From positions 1 to 51,753 of the forward strand of contig JBCCXZ010000024.1 of NCBI GenBank assembly GCA_039190745.1: 51,753 nucleotides of DNA, given 5' to 3'. Position 1 is the first letter of the stretch, and each line of letters begins with the position of its first letter. Source of the DNA: Planctomycetota bacterium. GTDB lineage: Bacteria > Planctomycetota > Planctomycetia > Pirellulales > Lacipirellulaceae. The notes under the pieces are model-generated. The model did not search any database. It was given only the letters and a program-made list of their open reading frames with translations, and was not told where the DNA came from. This document shows positions 30,355 to 40,155 of the stretch, piece after piece. Made by a program: the position numbers and the translations under genes.

Positions 30355-30576
30355 CTAATCCAGGTTTCTGGAGTTTTTTGTGATAATCTCCGACAGGCGT
30401 TGCAGAGAGGCGATCATAACTCCGTGCAGGGCTGGTGCGTCCGCAGCATGGAGCCACTCAACGATCTCGCGGGGCGGCGTGCGGAAGTGCTTGAGCTCGA
30501 AGCAGGGGAATGATCGAGCCACCTCCCGCATCACCGCGAGGACGGCTTCGGCCTCTTGCTGGGGCGATGCATTCAT
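30355..30576 (-). CDS. Small hypothetical protein (73 aa), paralog of the preceding gene
   Basis: 11/27 identities in the E...WL..A..P.L.G...A.L.RL block; start 30576 or 30624. Confidence 0.65.
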   Translation of the reverse strand: MNASPQQEAEAVLAVMREVARSFPCFELKHFRTPPREIVEWLHAADAPALHGVMIASLQRLSEIITKNSRNLD

Positions 30577-30876
30577 TCCCTGATCTCTACGGGCAACGCC
30601 TTTGTCGGTTCCGCTCTGCGGCATTCGTGGTGGACTCGCTCCGGACCTTTGTTCTACCGGCGGCGTCGAGAGACGCCGGCCTCCGGCAACAGAACCAGCA
30701 TCGGTCGTGGAACAGATTCACCCGAGCCGCAATCGGCGGATTCTACCGCCGTGACCGACCGTCTCCGGTCGTCGCGAGCCGCAGATGCCGGGTCGGGTAA
30801 TGGCTTAACCGGTCCGGCGTAGATGAGGATCTCGGGGCCGGCCTGCCTGCAGAGGGGCCGCTTGAGCGAGGATGTC

Positions 30877-32559
30877 TTATTCGTCGGTGACGCAGCCTTC
30901 GCTCGCGGTTTTGACGTTTTTGATGTATTTGAAGAGGGTGCCGCGGGCGGCCTTCAGCGGCGGGGCCTGCCAGGCGGCGCGGCGTGCGGCCAAGTCGGCG
31001 TCGGTGTCGATCGTGTTGGCTTCGGCGTCGATTGTGATGCGGTCGCCGTCTTGGACCAAGCCGATGGGCCCGCCGAGCTGCGCCTCGGGCGTCACGTGGC
31101 CGACGATGAATCCATGCGAACCGCCGCTGAAGCGGCCGTCAGTGATCAGCGCGACGTCGGCTCCGAGGCCCGCGCCCATGATCGCGCTGGTGGGGGTGAG
31201 CATCTCGGGCATGCCGGGGCCGCCTTGGGGGCCTTCGTAGCGGATCACCACGACATCGCCCTTCAGGATCTTGCCGGCTTCCAGCCCGGCGAGCATGTCT
31301 TCTTCCGAATCGAAGCAGCGGGCCGTGCCGGTAAACTCGAGGCCCTCTTTGCCCGTGATCTTCGCGACCGCGCCGTCGGGGCAGAGGTTGCCCCGCATGA
31401 TGCGGATGTGGCCGGTGGCCTTGATCGGTTTGTCGAGCGGCTGGACCACTTCTTGGCCGTCGGAGAGCCCCGGCAGGTCGGCGAGATTTTCGGCGATGGT
31501 CTTGCCGGTGACGGTGAGGCAGCTGCCGTCGATCAGGTCGGCTTCCAGGAGCAGCTTCATCACCGCGGGCGTGCCGCCCACTTCGTGCAGCTCTTCTTGG
31601 ACGAACCGGCCGCTCGGCTTGAGGTCGGCGATCAATGGGATGCGGTCGCTTACGGACTGGAAGTCGTCGATCGTGAGCGGCACATCCACGCTGCGGGCCA
31701 TGGCGAGCAGGTGCAGCACCGCGTTGGTCGACCCGCCGACAGCCATCAGGTAAACCATCGCATTCTCGAACGCGGCGCGGGTCATGATGTCGCGGGGCTT
31801 GATGTCTTTCTCCAGGCAGACGCGGATCGCGGCGCCGGCCTGGCGGCACTCTTCGAGCTTGTCGGGGTGCTCGGCGGGGATCGAGGAGCTGTAGGGCAGG
31901 GTCATGCCCATCGCTTCGATGGCGCTGGCCATGGTGTTGGCGGTGTACATGCCGCCGCAGGCGCCGGCACCGGGGCAGCTATTGCGGACGATCTCTTTCC
32001 GCTCGTCCTCAGAGATGTTGCCTGCGAGGAACTCGCCGTAGCACTGGAAGGCGCTCACGATGTCGCGTTTCTGGCTGTCGCCGCCAAACTTGGTGAAGCC
32101 GGGCTTGATGGTGCCGCCGTAGACCATGATCGAGGGGCGGTTCAAGCGGCCCGCGGCGATGAGGCAGCCGGGCATGTTCTTGTCGCAGCCGGGCAGGGTG
32201 ACGCAGGCGTCGTACCACTGGGCCTGGACGACCGTCTCGATCGAGTCGGCGATGAGGTCACGGGACTGGAGCGAGTAGCTCATGCCGCTGGTACCCATCG
32301 AGATGCCGTCGGAGACGCCGATCGTATTGAACCGCATGCCGACCATGCCGGCGGCCTGCACGCCTTCTTTGACGGCCGCGGCCAGGTCCAGCAGGTGCAT
32401 GTTGCAAGTGTTGCCCTCGTACCAGACGCTCGCGACGCCCACCTGGGCTTTCTGCATGTCGTCGTCGGAGAGGCCCGTGCCGTAGAGCATCGCCTGCGAG
32501 GCGCCCTGGGACTTCGGCTGGGTGATCTGGCTGCTGAACTGGTTCAGTGGCTGGCTCAA
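30877..32559 (-). CDS. ilvD: Dihydroxy-acid dehydratase
   Basis: [42 protein letters not shown] and TDGRFSGG motifs; likely TTG start 32559 after AAGGAAG. Confidence 0.97.
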   Translation of the reverse strand: MSQPLNQFSSQITQPKSQGASQAMLYGTGLSDDDMQKAQVGVASVWYEGNTCNMHLLDLAAAVKEGVQAAGMVGMRFNTIGVSDGISMGTSGMSYSLQSRDLIADSIETVVQAQWYDACVTLPGCDKNMPGCLIAAGRLNRPSIMVYGGTIKPGFTKFGGDSQKRDIVSAFQCYGEFLAGNISEDERKEIVRNSCPGAGACGGMYTANTMASAIEAMGMTLPYSSSIPAEHPDKLEECRQAGAAIRVCLEKDIKPRDIMTRAAFENAMVYLMAVGGSTNAVLHLLAMARSVDVPLTIDDFQSVSDRIPLIADLKPSGRFVQEELHEVGGTPAVMKLLLEADLIDGSCLTVTGKTIAENLADLPGLSDGQEVVQPLDKPIKATGHIRIMRGNLCPDGAVAKITGKEGLEFTGTARCFDSEEDMLAGLEAGKILKGDVVVIRYEGPQGGPGMPEMLTPTSAIMGAGLGADVALITDGRFSGGSHGFIVGHVTPEAQLGGPIGLVQDGDRITIDAEANTIDTDADLAARRAAWQAPPLKAARGTLFKYIKNVKTASEGCVTDE

Positions 32560-33032
32560 TGGGCTTCCTTCGTCCGGCGGGCGGGGCTGAGTGTATGGCA
32601 AGACGGGCCTGACAGCTGCGGATTGTAATCCACCTCACCGTAGAGCGAAAACCGGCCCAGTTTCTTTCGCCGAGTGTGGCGAGGTTCACCGTTGAGGCGC
32701 CGGCGAGCGGCTAAAGTGCGGCCGTTGTGGGTTGAGCAAGACCGCCAACCGTCAGCGGCAAGACCGAGCCGGAACGCACAACACGGAACAGACACTGCTC
32801 TATCTTCCCGGTTCGCGTTGCTAATGCAGCTGTACTTCTTTTGAGTCCCCGCTACTCGGCCCGACCGTTGCCGGCACGGTCTCCGCAGCCCGGACTCCGC
32901 TGAATCGCCTCTTTCGAGGCCCCGCTGCGCTAGCGTTGCGCACCGGCCGAAGCCCCCGCGCGGGGCGAGGGTCGTGTCCGCTCTGCGTTTGAAACTTTTT
33001 CTGAATCAACACTGTTGGGGAGTTTACTACTT

Positions 33033-33872
33033 ATGAAGTCTTGTATTGCTTTCTCGCTGTCTGTCGTGTCCGCTCTTGCTCTCTCGCTTCAAACCGAACC
33101 AGTCCACGCCCAGCAGCAGCTGCGCGTGACGATCGAAAACCTCAGCCCGACCGACGGCTTCTTCCTGACGCCGCTCTGGTTCGGCCTGCACGACGGCGGC
33201 TTCGATCTGTTTAACGGCGGCGAGGCCGCCTCAGCGGCGCTGGAGTTGATCGCCGAAGACGGCGTGATCGACGACATGGACGGCACGGACGGCAACGATT
33301 TGTTCAGCCTCTTCGCCGGTCCCGGGCGCGTGCAGGGCGTCGTGACCGACCCGGCCGGCTTTGGCTCGGTGGGGATGCAGCCGCCGCTGATCGACGCGGG
33401 CAACACCGCCTCGGCGACGATCGACATTATGAACGCGTCCGCGTACCAGTACTTCAGTTACGCATCGATGGTCATCCCGTCGAACGACGCCTTCATCGGC
33501 AACGGCAACCCGACCGCGGTGCAGGTGTTCGACGCGGCGGGCAACTTTCTGGCGCCCGGGCCGATCGTGCTCACCTGGGCTGACATCTACGACGCGGGCA
33601 CGGAAGTGAACAACGGCGCCGGGGCGGCGTTCTCGGCCGAGGACTTCATGCCCGCGATCGAGACCGACGAGGGGGGCACGGTCGGCCTGCACCCGGGGCT
33701 GAGCCTGTTCGAGGGCACGGCCACGCCGGCGGGGACGATCGGCGGCGGCACCGACCCGGTGGCGTTCTCCGTTCCGTTCGCCCGGATCACCATCGAGCAG
33801 ATCCCCGAGCCGGGCACGCTGGTGCTCTCCGGCTTGGGCGCTGTCGGCTTGCTCTCCCGCCGGCGTCGCTGA
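33033..33872 (+). CDS. PEP-CTERM protein with Spondin_N-like domain
   Basis: VTIENL, TPLW.G.H, IAEDG, ASMVIPSNDAFIG and YDAGTEVN motifs; C-terminal IPEPG..RRRR. Confidence 0.88.
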   Translation: MKSCIAFSLSVVSALALSLQTEPVHAQQQLRVTIENLSPTDGFFLTPLWFGLHDGGFDLFNGGEAASAALELIAEDGVIDDMDGTDGNDLFSLFAGPGRVQGVVTDPAGFGSVGMQPPLIDAGNTASATIDIMNASAYQYFSYASMVIPSNDAFIGNGNPTAVQVFDAAGNFLAPGPIVLTWADIYDAGTEVNNGAGAAFSAEDFMPAIETDEGGTVGLHPGLSLFEGTATPAGTIGGGTDPVAFSVPFARITIEQIPEPGTLVLSGLGAVGLLSRRRR

Positions 33873-33916
33873 TCTCGATCGTGCGATGGGAACCAACGAA
33901 CGGTTCGTCTCGTGTC

Positions 33917-33950
33917 GCCGTCGCCTCCCTCGGGGGGCGGCGGCTTTTTT
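33917..33950 (+). terminator. Rho-independent terminator
   Basis: GCCGTCGCCTCC-ctcg-GGGGGCGGCGGC followed by T6. Confidence 0.8.
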
Positions 33951-34046
33951 CATGCCCGTACATCCGGCCCGATCCGGGCGACCCGAGCCGCGTGGGCCTC
34001 TGCCGCGCACTACACTTGCAGGAGTCCCTCCGCCCCGAGAAAGTCC

Positions 34047-35018
34047 ATGCTGACCGCCGAAGCTGAATCCGCAGACACGCTCACCCCTTCGGGGGGCGAC
34101 ACGCCTGAGAAGCCGGTCGTCTTGGCGGACGGTTCGCCGGTGGAACTCGCCGGCATGGGCCGCGAGCGGCTGGAGCAGCTGCAGTGGGAGCAAGAGCAGC
34201 AGTTCGCAGCGGCGATCCTCGCGGCTCCGGCTCGCTCGCCCGAGCGGTCGGCGGTTGTGGCACAGGCCTACGACACGGTGTGCGCAATCTTGGCCGCTCA
34301 GCAGGAGCGCAGCGGCGAGCCGTTGGTGATGGGCTTCGATCGGCGTTACCTCGATTTGGTTGTTCGGCTGCTGGCGCGGCAGTTCGAGTCGGGCGTCGAG
34401 CGGCCCACGCTGTTCGAGATCGGCTACGGCTGCGGCGCCTTGCTGCAGGGCGTACGCGAGCGGGGGTTCGATGTGGCGGGGATCGAGGTCTCCGCGACGA
34501 TGCGTGAGCAGTGCGTCGCGCAACTCGGCGAGAAACACGCGTCGCGGCTGCTGCTGGGCGACCTGCGGGACGTGGAGCCCGAGTCACTCGATCCGCGACC
34601 GACGCTCGTCTATTGGAACGACGTGCTGGAGCACCTCGCCCCCGACGAGGCGGGCGACTACGCGCGGGCGATCTGGCGGCTTTTGCCTGAGGGCGGGTCG
34701 CTCGTGACGATCACGCCGCACTGGCTGCTGCGTCCTTCAGACGTGACGGGCGACTTCTGCCCGCCGCGATCGGAAGCCCGGGGACTGCACCTGAAGGAGT
34801 ACCGTTTGTCGGAAGTCACTAGTCTCTTGCGATCCGCCGGGTTTACCCGAGTCGCGACGCCGCTGCTGGTGACCAAGGGGCGGATGCTGCTAGCGGGCGA
34901 CGGGCTGCGGGTGCTGAAGCAGGCGTGCGAAGACCGGCTCGACCGACTACCGGTTCGGATGGCGCACCTCGCATGCCGCGGCCTGGGGCTTTCGGTCACC
35001 GTTGCGACGAAGTCTTAG
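34047..35018 (+). CDS. Class I SAM-dependent methyltransferase
   Basis: FEIGYGCG, GIEVS, DVLEHL, GG.L...TP and HLKEY motifs. Confidence 0.88.
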   Translation: MLTAEAESADTLTPSGGDTPEKPVVLADGSPVELAGMGRERLEQLQWEQEQQFAAAILAAPARSPERSAVVAQAYDTVCAILAAQQERSGEPLVMGFDRRYLDLVVRLLARQFESGVERPTLFEIGYGCGALLQGVRERGFDVAGIEVSATMREQCVAQLGEKHASRLLLGDLRDVEPESLDPRPTLVYWNDVLEHLAPDEAGDYARAIWRLLPEGGSLVTITPHWLLRPSDVTGDFCPPRSEARGLHLKEYRLSEVTSLLRSAGFTRVATPLLVTKGRMLLAGDGLRVLKQACEDRLDRLPVRMAHLACRGLGLSVTVATKS

Positions 35019-35140
35019 ACCCCCCAGTTGGCGCCAAGCTCTCCCATGGGGGTTGGGAACGGGAAACTTGGATCGCGGCAAACTTGGGCCTCACACTACG
35101 CGCATGCCGTCACCCTAAGAAAGCAGTTTGTAGTTGAAGC

Positions 35141-35367
35141 ATGGCAAGAGACCTCTTATCCGTTCTGCGCCTCGGGATGACGCGTGAAGAGGTTGTGGAA
35201 ACGCTTGGCGAACCGGATGCACCGGGGGCACATCACGCAAGCACAAAACCCCGTGCATCTACAGGTATGGTGAGATTGAAGTACACTTCGAGCTGAGCAA
35301 AACGGGCGGTCTCACACTGGTGTACAAGGAAGAGGAGGACGGAACGCCCGTCACTCTATTGGAATGA
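35141..35367 (+). pseudogene. Small frameshifted gene (~75 aa) with SmpA/OmlA-like LGMTREEV...LGEPD motif
   Basis: ATG 35141 frame reads to LGEPD; the -1 frame continues GGTSRKHKTPCIYRYGEIEVHF..LLE* (35367); G5 run at 35224-35228. Confidence 0.55.
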
Positions 35368-35508
35368 AATCGGCTCTGGTTCGTCACACACCAAGCGTCG
35401 TTTAGATCGGCTAACCGCCGCGCCGTGTTAGATCGGGCGTGGCGCACAGCCCCCTCGGTTGGGCGTCGGCCCCCAAGCCGACCATGCGGGCCCAATAAGG
35501 CCGCGGGG

Positions 35509-36273
35509 TTACGCGGCACGCCTGACTAGTGCGTTGCTCGCGTAAACGGCGCCGTCGAAGCCGACCATCCGCTCCAGGCCCATCCGCTCAACCGCGAGCG
35601 CGGCGTAGTCGGTGAGGTCTGCCGGCTCGTCCTTGCCGGCGCCGTCCCACCGCCAGGCGTTCACCGCGGGGCAGTAGCCCACACGCAGCCCCTGACGGAA
35701 GGCCCGCAGGAAGAACTCGGCCCGCTCGTCACGCTTGAGCAGCTCGTCCCAGCCGCCGAGCAGCCGGACCTTGTCGGTGCGGGCGACGAAGAAATTGGGC
35801 ACGATGTCGCACATGTGGTAGCGGTCGGTCGCCTCGCGGTGGCCGGGGCGGAGGACCAGCTCGCGGTGCGTCAGCTCGAACGTGCCGTGCGACGGGGCAG
35901 GGCGGCGGCGGGTCCAGAGCCAGCGTTTCCGGCAAGCGGTGATCTCGCCGGAGGCGATGTCGAGTTCGCCGTCCACCACGGGCCGGACCATCTCTTCGAG
36001 GTTCGATTCCGGGTGCAGCTGCATGCGGTCGTCGAGCAGCACGAACACCGGTGTGCGCAGCCTTGCAAGCAGCGTGTTGCGCGCCCCGCTCACACCGCCG
36101 TCGTGCGGGACGAAAGTGACGCCCCTCGGCAATCGAGCCGGCTGCGGCCCGGCGACCAGGACGGCCAAGTCTGGACAAAACTTCCGCAGGCTCTTCAGCA
36201 GCCGAGGCAGCGCTTTCGGCTCGTCGCCGGCGGTGACCAGCGCGGTTACCCGTTGGATCGTGGTTCCGTCCAC
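35509..36273 (-). CDS. GT-A glycosyltransferase resembling the GT12/B4GALNT catalytic domain
   Basis: RLLKSLRKF.P, GVSGARN, VLLDDR, NFFVARTDKVR and EFF...LRVGYC; GTG start 36273 with GGAG. Confidence 0.75.
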   Translation of the reverse strand: MDGTTIQRVTALVTAGDEPKALPRLLKSLRKFCPDLAVLVAGPQPARLPRGVTFVPHDGGVSGARNTLLARLRTPVFVLLDDRMQLHPESNLEEMVRPVVDGELDIASGEITACRKRWLWTRRRPAPSHGTFELTHRELVLRPGHREATDRYHMCDIVPNFFVARTDKVRLLGGWDELLKRDERAEFFLRAFRQGLRVGYCPAVNAWRWDGAGKDEPADLTDYAALAVERMGLERMVGFDGAVYASNALVRRAA

Positions 36274-36657
36274 GGCGGGGCTCCAGGTGGGGAGGCGGAG
36301 TAGGGGCGGGAAGAACCTCGGGCGCGTAGCGCAATCCCTGCGGCGCAGAGGCTTTCCCATTCATCGCCTTGGTAGGAGGCGTGAGTTGAGGTTTTTTGCG
36401 GGATCTGTCGGCGGGGGTGATCGCGCGCCTGCTGGCGCCGCAGAACTACCAAGGAGCAGGGCGACCGGAGTCGGTAGTTGATTGCCCTCGGCCTTCCCGC
36501 ACCGTCTTCTGTCGGCTGTTCTATCGGATGTGCAGAAGAGCCGCGAACCGCGAGTCACTTTTCCAGCGAAGCGGTCAAATCGACTCCCAATCTCCGTTAG
36601 ACTGAGTGAGTCGCAAGGTGGTTGGGCTCCAACAGTGAATGACTCAGGGGCGTCGCA

Positions 36658-37857
36658 ATGATCAGAAAGTTACTCGTTGTCGGCGCGGTGATCGCGTCGG
36701 GCGGTTACGCACGCTGCCAAGAGACGCTGTATTGGGAGGCGTCTCAGCTGCAGCGGTGCAAGGCCCAGATGGCGGCGCCGAGTGAAGATCTGGAGACCGC
36801 ACTCCGGCAGTTGCAGATCAACGCCGACAAAGCGATGACGGAGGGGCCCTTCTCCGTCACCCACAAGGAGATGCCGCCGCCGAGCGGAGACAAGCACGAC
36901 TACGTAAGCTACGCCCGCTACTGGTGGCCCGACCGGGCAAAGCCGGACGGCCTGCCCTATATCCGCCGTGACGGCGAGTCGAACTACAAGCTGCTTGCGA
37001 ACGGTGATCGTGGCCGATTTGGGAGTTTCGTCGACGCGGTTCGCGCGTTGAGCCTGGCCTCCTACTTTTTCGAAGAAAGCCGTTATGGCGATCGCGCGTC
37101 GGAACTCATTCGGGTCTGGTTTCTCGAACCCGAGACACGCATGAATCCCCACCTCGAGTACGCTCAGGGGATCCCGGGAAAGACCGACGGCCGCAGTCTG
37201 GGGGTGATCGACACGCGTGATTTCATTACCGTTCTCGACGCGGTGGCTCTTCTTGGTCATCGGGGCATGATTTCGCAGACCGACCAAGAACGACTCAAAG
37301 ACTGGTTCTCCGAGTTCTTCGTTTGGCTCCAGAAGAGCAAGCTTGGGCGGGGCGAGGCGGCCGCGAAGAATAACCACGGCACGTGGTACGACGCCCAGGC
37401 GGCGCGGATCGCACTGTTTGTTGGCGACGAGGATGCGGCGAGGCGGATCGTCGCCTACGCAGCAGGTGAGCGTATCGCCGAGCAGTTCGCTGCCGACGGG
37501 GCCCAGCCCGACGAGCTCAGCCGCTCCCAGACGCTGCACTACACTTACTTTAATCTGGAAGGGTTCTCGGTGATCGCCCGCCTCGGGGAGCACCTGGGGA
37601 TCGAACTGTGGAGCGAGTCGTCGCTCGGCGTAGGCCTCGAACCGGGGATCAGGTACGTGGCTCCGTTCACGCACAGCGAGCGGCCGTGGCCACACCCGCA
37701 GACGCACTCGTTCGCCCTTTCGCTCGGGGCTCAGGGGCTGCTGCGGATGGCGTCGGTCCGCTACGGAGACCCAGGCTTGCTGGCGCCGATCCCTCATACG
37801 AAGTTCGGGCACCTCGAAAACGAGTACACGGTACTCGTCTTCGCCGCGATTGAGTGA
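36658..37857 (+). CDS. Alginate lyase family protein (secreted)
   Basis: SGDKHDY.S...YWWPD..PY.RRDG..N, WF....T.MNP.L.YAQ, NNHGTW and HY..FNL motifs. Confidence 0.88.
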   Translation: MIRKLLVVGAVIASGGYARCQETLYWEASQLQRCKAQMAAPSEDLETALRQLQINADKAMTEGPFSVTHKEMPPPSGDKHDYVSYARYWWPDRAKPDGLPYIRRDGESNYKLLANGDRGRFGSFVDAVRALSLASYFFEESRYGDRASELIRVWFLEPETRMNPHLEYAQGIPGKTDGRSLGVIDTRDFITVLDAVALLGHRGMISQTDQERLKDWFSEFFVWLQKSKLGRGEAAAKNNHGTWYDAQAARIALFVGDEDAARRIVAYAAGERIAEQFAADGAQPDELSRSQTLHYTYFNLEGFSVIARLGEHLGIELWSESSLGVGLEPGIRYVAPFTHSERPWPHPQTHSFALSLGAQGLLRMASVRYGDPGLLAPIPHTKFGHLENEYTVLVFAAIE

Positions 37858-38047
37858 TCGGATCCGGTAGCGGGTCGTGCGGCGTTGTTTGCTCCGTGTT
37901 TTAGCGATAGCCGCTTCTCAGCAGACCTGGGCTTTGAGTACCGTTTTCGCCCTCCTTCCACTCTCTTGTTAGCACCCTAGTTAGGTACTCGGTTGTGGGT
38001 ATCCTGACCGATTCCCACAACCGTCCGCCATTCGCGAGCCGCCTCCC

Positions 38048-38677
38048 ATGACTTGCTCATTCGTCTACTTCGACATGGGAAAGGTGCTGTTGGAGTTCGA
38101 CCACGCCCAGATGTGCCGGCAGATGGCTCTTGCGGCCGGATGCCCCGAAGACGCTGTGTGGCGAGCCGTGTTCGACGGCGGGGACGATTCGCTGCACCGC
38201 CGCATCGAGCGCGGCGAGTGGACGCCCGACGAGACGTACCGTCACTTCTGCGGCGCGACCGGCACAAACCCCGACCAGGCCGCGCTCGAGCACGCCGCCA
38301 GCGATATGTTCGCCCCAATGCCCGAGAGCATCCGTTTGGTCGAATCGTTGCAAGTAAACGGATACAGGCTGGGGGTGCTCTCCAACACAAACTTCAACGA
38401 TTGGCGGTTCGTCTCCGGCGAGCGGTACCCGTTTCTCAACCGGTGTTTCGAGACGCACGTGCTCAGCTTCGAGGTGGGCGCCATGAAGCCCGACCCCGCA
38501 ATCTACAGCGAGGCCGTACGGTTGGCGGGCGTGCCGGCGGGCGACGTCTTCTTGACCGACGACCGACCGGAAAACGTCGAGGGGGCGAGGCAATCGGGGA
38601 TCGACGCGGTGCAGTTCGAATCTGCCGAGCAAGTCGCGCGGGAACTAGCGCAGCGCGGCGTAGTAGCCGCCCTCTAA
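38048..38677 (+). CDS. HAD-superfamily phosphatase (YihX-like)
   Basis: FDMGKVL, LSNT, KPDP.IY and DD...NV motifs. Confidence 0.9.
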   Translation: MTCSFVYFDMGKVLLEFDHAQMCRQMALAAGCPEDAVWRAVFDGGDDSLHRRIERGEWTPDETYRHFCGATGTNPDQAALEHAASDMFAPMPESIRLVESLQVNGYRLGVLSNTNFNDWRFVSGERYPFLNRCFETHVLSFEVGAMKPDPAIYSEAVRLAGVPAGDVFLTDDRPENVEGARQSGIDAVQFESAEQVARELAQRGVVAAL

Positions 38678-38688
38678 CGCTCGCGCGG

Positions 38689-39639
38689 TTAAAACCTCTT
38701 GCGCCTCAGCAGTAGTATCGCGGCTGTGGCGACCAAAGCGGCAGCCGCCGGCTCGGGGACGCCGACGAAGCTGAGGGCCGCTTCGCCGATCCCGTAATCC
38801 TGCTCCCAGATCGCCAGGTCGAGCTGGTCGACTACCGCGTCGCCGTTGGCGTCGGCCGCCACCTCGGTGGTGCTGCCGAAGTCCCGCTGGAGGATCGCGA
38901 GGTCCGCGAGGTCGACGTCGCCGTCGAAGTCGAAGTCGCCGTCGGGGATGTTCAGCTCTTCGATGGTGCTGAACAGCACGAAGTTGTCTTGCGTGACTCC
39001 GTTGCTGAAATCGCCGTGCATGGGGACCACGCTGCCGATCAACACAAGCTGGCCATCAACCGTGGCGGCGATTTCGTGGGTCGGGAGGTTCGCGATCGTG
39101 TCGACGATATCCATGCCGTCGTGCACTACCCGACCGAACGCGGTAAAGCCGCCGTTGTTCGTCGGGCTGTCGAGGAAGGTGTTGTTGTCGAGGTTGATGA
39201 ACCAGTTGTTCGTGCCGCTGTTCTCGGGGTCCGGCCCCGTGCTCCGCTTGGCGAGCGCGATCGTGCCCCGGAGGTTTGAGATTCCGGGCTCGTTCATCAC
39301 TGGGTCGTCCTGCGGGATAAAATCAAGCAGACCGTTCTGGTCGAAGGATGAATTGCCGCCCTGGATCACAAAGGGGTCGGTGGTGAAGGTCCCGTCCGAC
39401 TGCTGAAAGTAAGTGTTCACTTCGCTGCGGTGGATGATCGAGTTGTCGTAGTCGCCGTCGTTGACGTAAGAGAGCATGTTCGCCGTGGTCAGTGGGGTCG
39501 CGGTCTCGTACAGCCTGACGTCAAAACTGCCGAGGTTCGAGTTGAACCGGATGACCGTTGCATCGGCCGCGGCCGCCAGCAGAAGCGTGAGGGCGAGGGC
39601 GGCGTAGCGGGTGCGTACGGGGAGACTGAGGGAGGCCAT
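38689..39639 (-). CDS. Secreted cyclophilin-type PPIase with dockerin-like repeat and PEP-CTERM tail
   Basis: P.T..N, IHR, FVIQGG, RGTIA.A, WFINL and FGRV motifs; GDFDFDGDVD..D / DANGD.VVD; VPEP..RRKR. Confidence 0.9.
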   Translation of the reverse strand: MASLSLPVRTRYAALALTLLLAAAADATVIRFNSNLGSFDVRLYETATPLTTANMLSYVNDGDYDNSIIHRSEVNTYFQQSDGTFTTDPFVIQGGNSSFDQNGLLDFIPQDDPVMNEPGISNLRGTIALAKRSTGPDPENSGTNNWFINLDNNTFLDSPTNNGGFTAFGRVVHDGMDIVDTIANLPTHEIAATVDGQLVLIGSVVPMHGDFSNGVTQDNFVLFSTIEELNIPDGDFDFDGDVDLADLAILQRDFGSTTEVAADANGDAVVDQLDLAIWEQDYGIGEAALSFVGVPEPAAAALVATAAILLLRRKRF

Positions 39640-39910
39640 GGTGCGTCCTTCGAGAGTGCGCTCTTCTGGTGTGGAGCGGCCCGCCCGGCTTGAGAGTGTT
39701 CCGGTTCCGATGTGGGCGTGGCCGGCGTTTGCCGTCAGCCTAATCGAGCCCTGCGGATCCGTCCAATTTGATGTGTTCCCGCAACACGACGGGCTGCTGG
39801 GGCAGTGATTCGTGCGTCTGACCGACGGATCAGGATTCCGTCGCCCGCGTCGGCGGGCATCCCGTAGGCGCTCAGCGATAGTCGACCTAAGATGTGGGGC
39901 TACACTCTGT

Positions 39911-39994
39911 GCCGGAGTGGCGGAATTGGCAGACGCGCTGGATTCAAAATCCAGTGAGGGCAACCTCGTGTGGGTTCGAGTCCCACCTCCGGTA
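39911..39994 (+). tRNA. tRNA-Leu (CAA)
   Basis: GCCGGAG/CTCCGGT acceptor stem, CTGGA-TTCAAAA-TCCAG anticodon arm, long variable arm, GTTCGAGTCC T-loop; CCA not encoded. Confidence 0.97.
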
Positions 39995-40155
39995 CTCTTA
40001 TCCAGCAACGACTTACGGCAAACGGCCGAAGGTCGGCCTCAAGCACGATCTCGCTTCTTGGGGCATTCTTGGGGTGCTATTGGGATCGCACGGCGGTCGC
40101 GTTGCTGTCCTCACGAGGTTGAGGTTCTTAGGCTCGATCCCTGGAGAACCTTTCG

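Noticed and set aside
39640..40008. N-terminal extension of the cyclophilin ORF across the tRNA
   Set aside because: It overlaps tRNA-Leu antisense; the signal peptide begins at Met 39639
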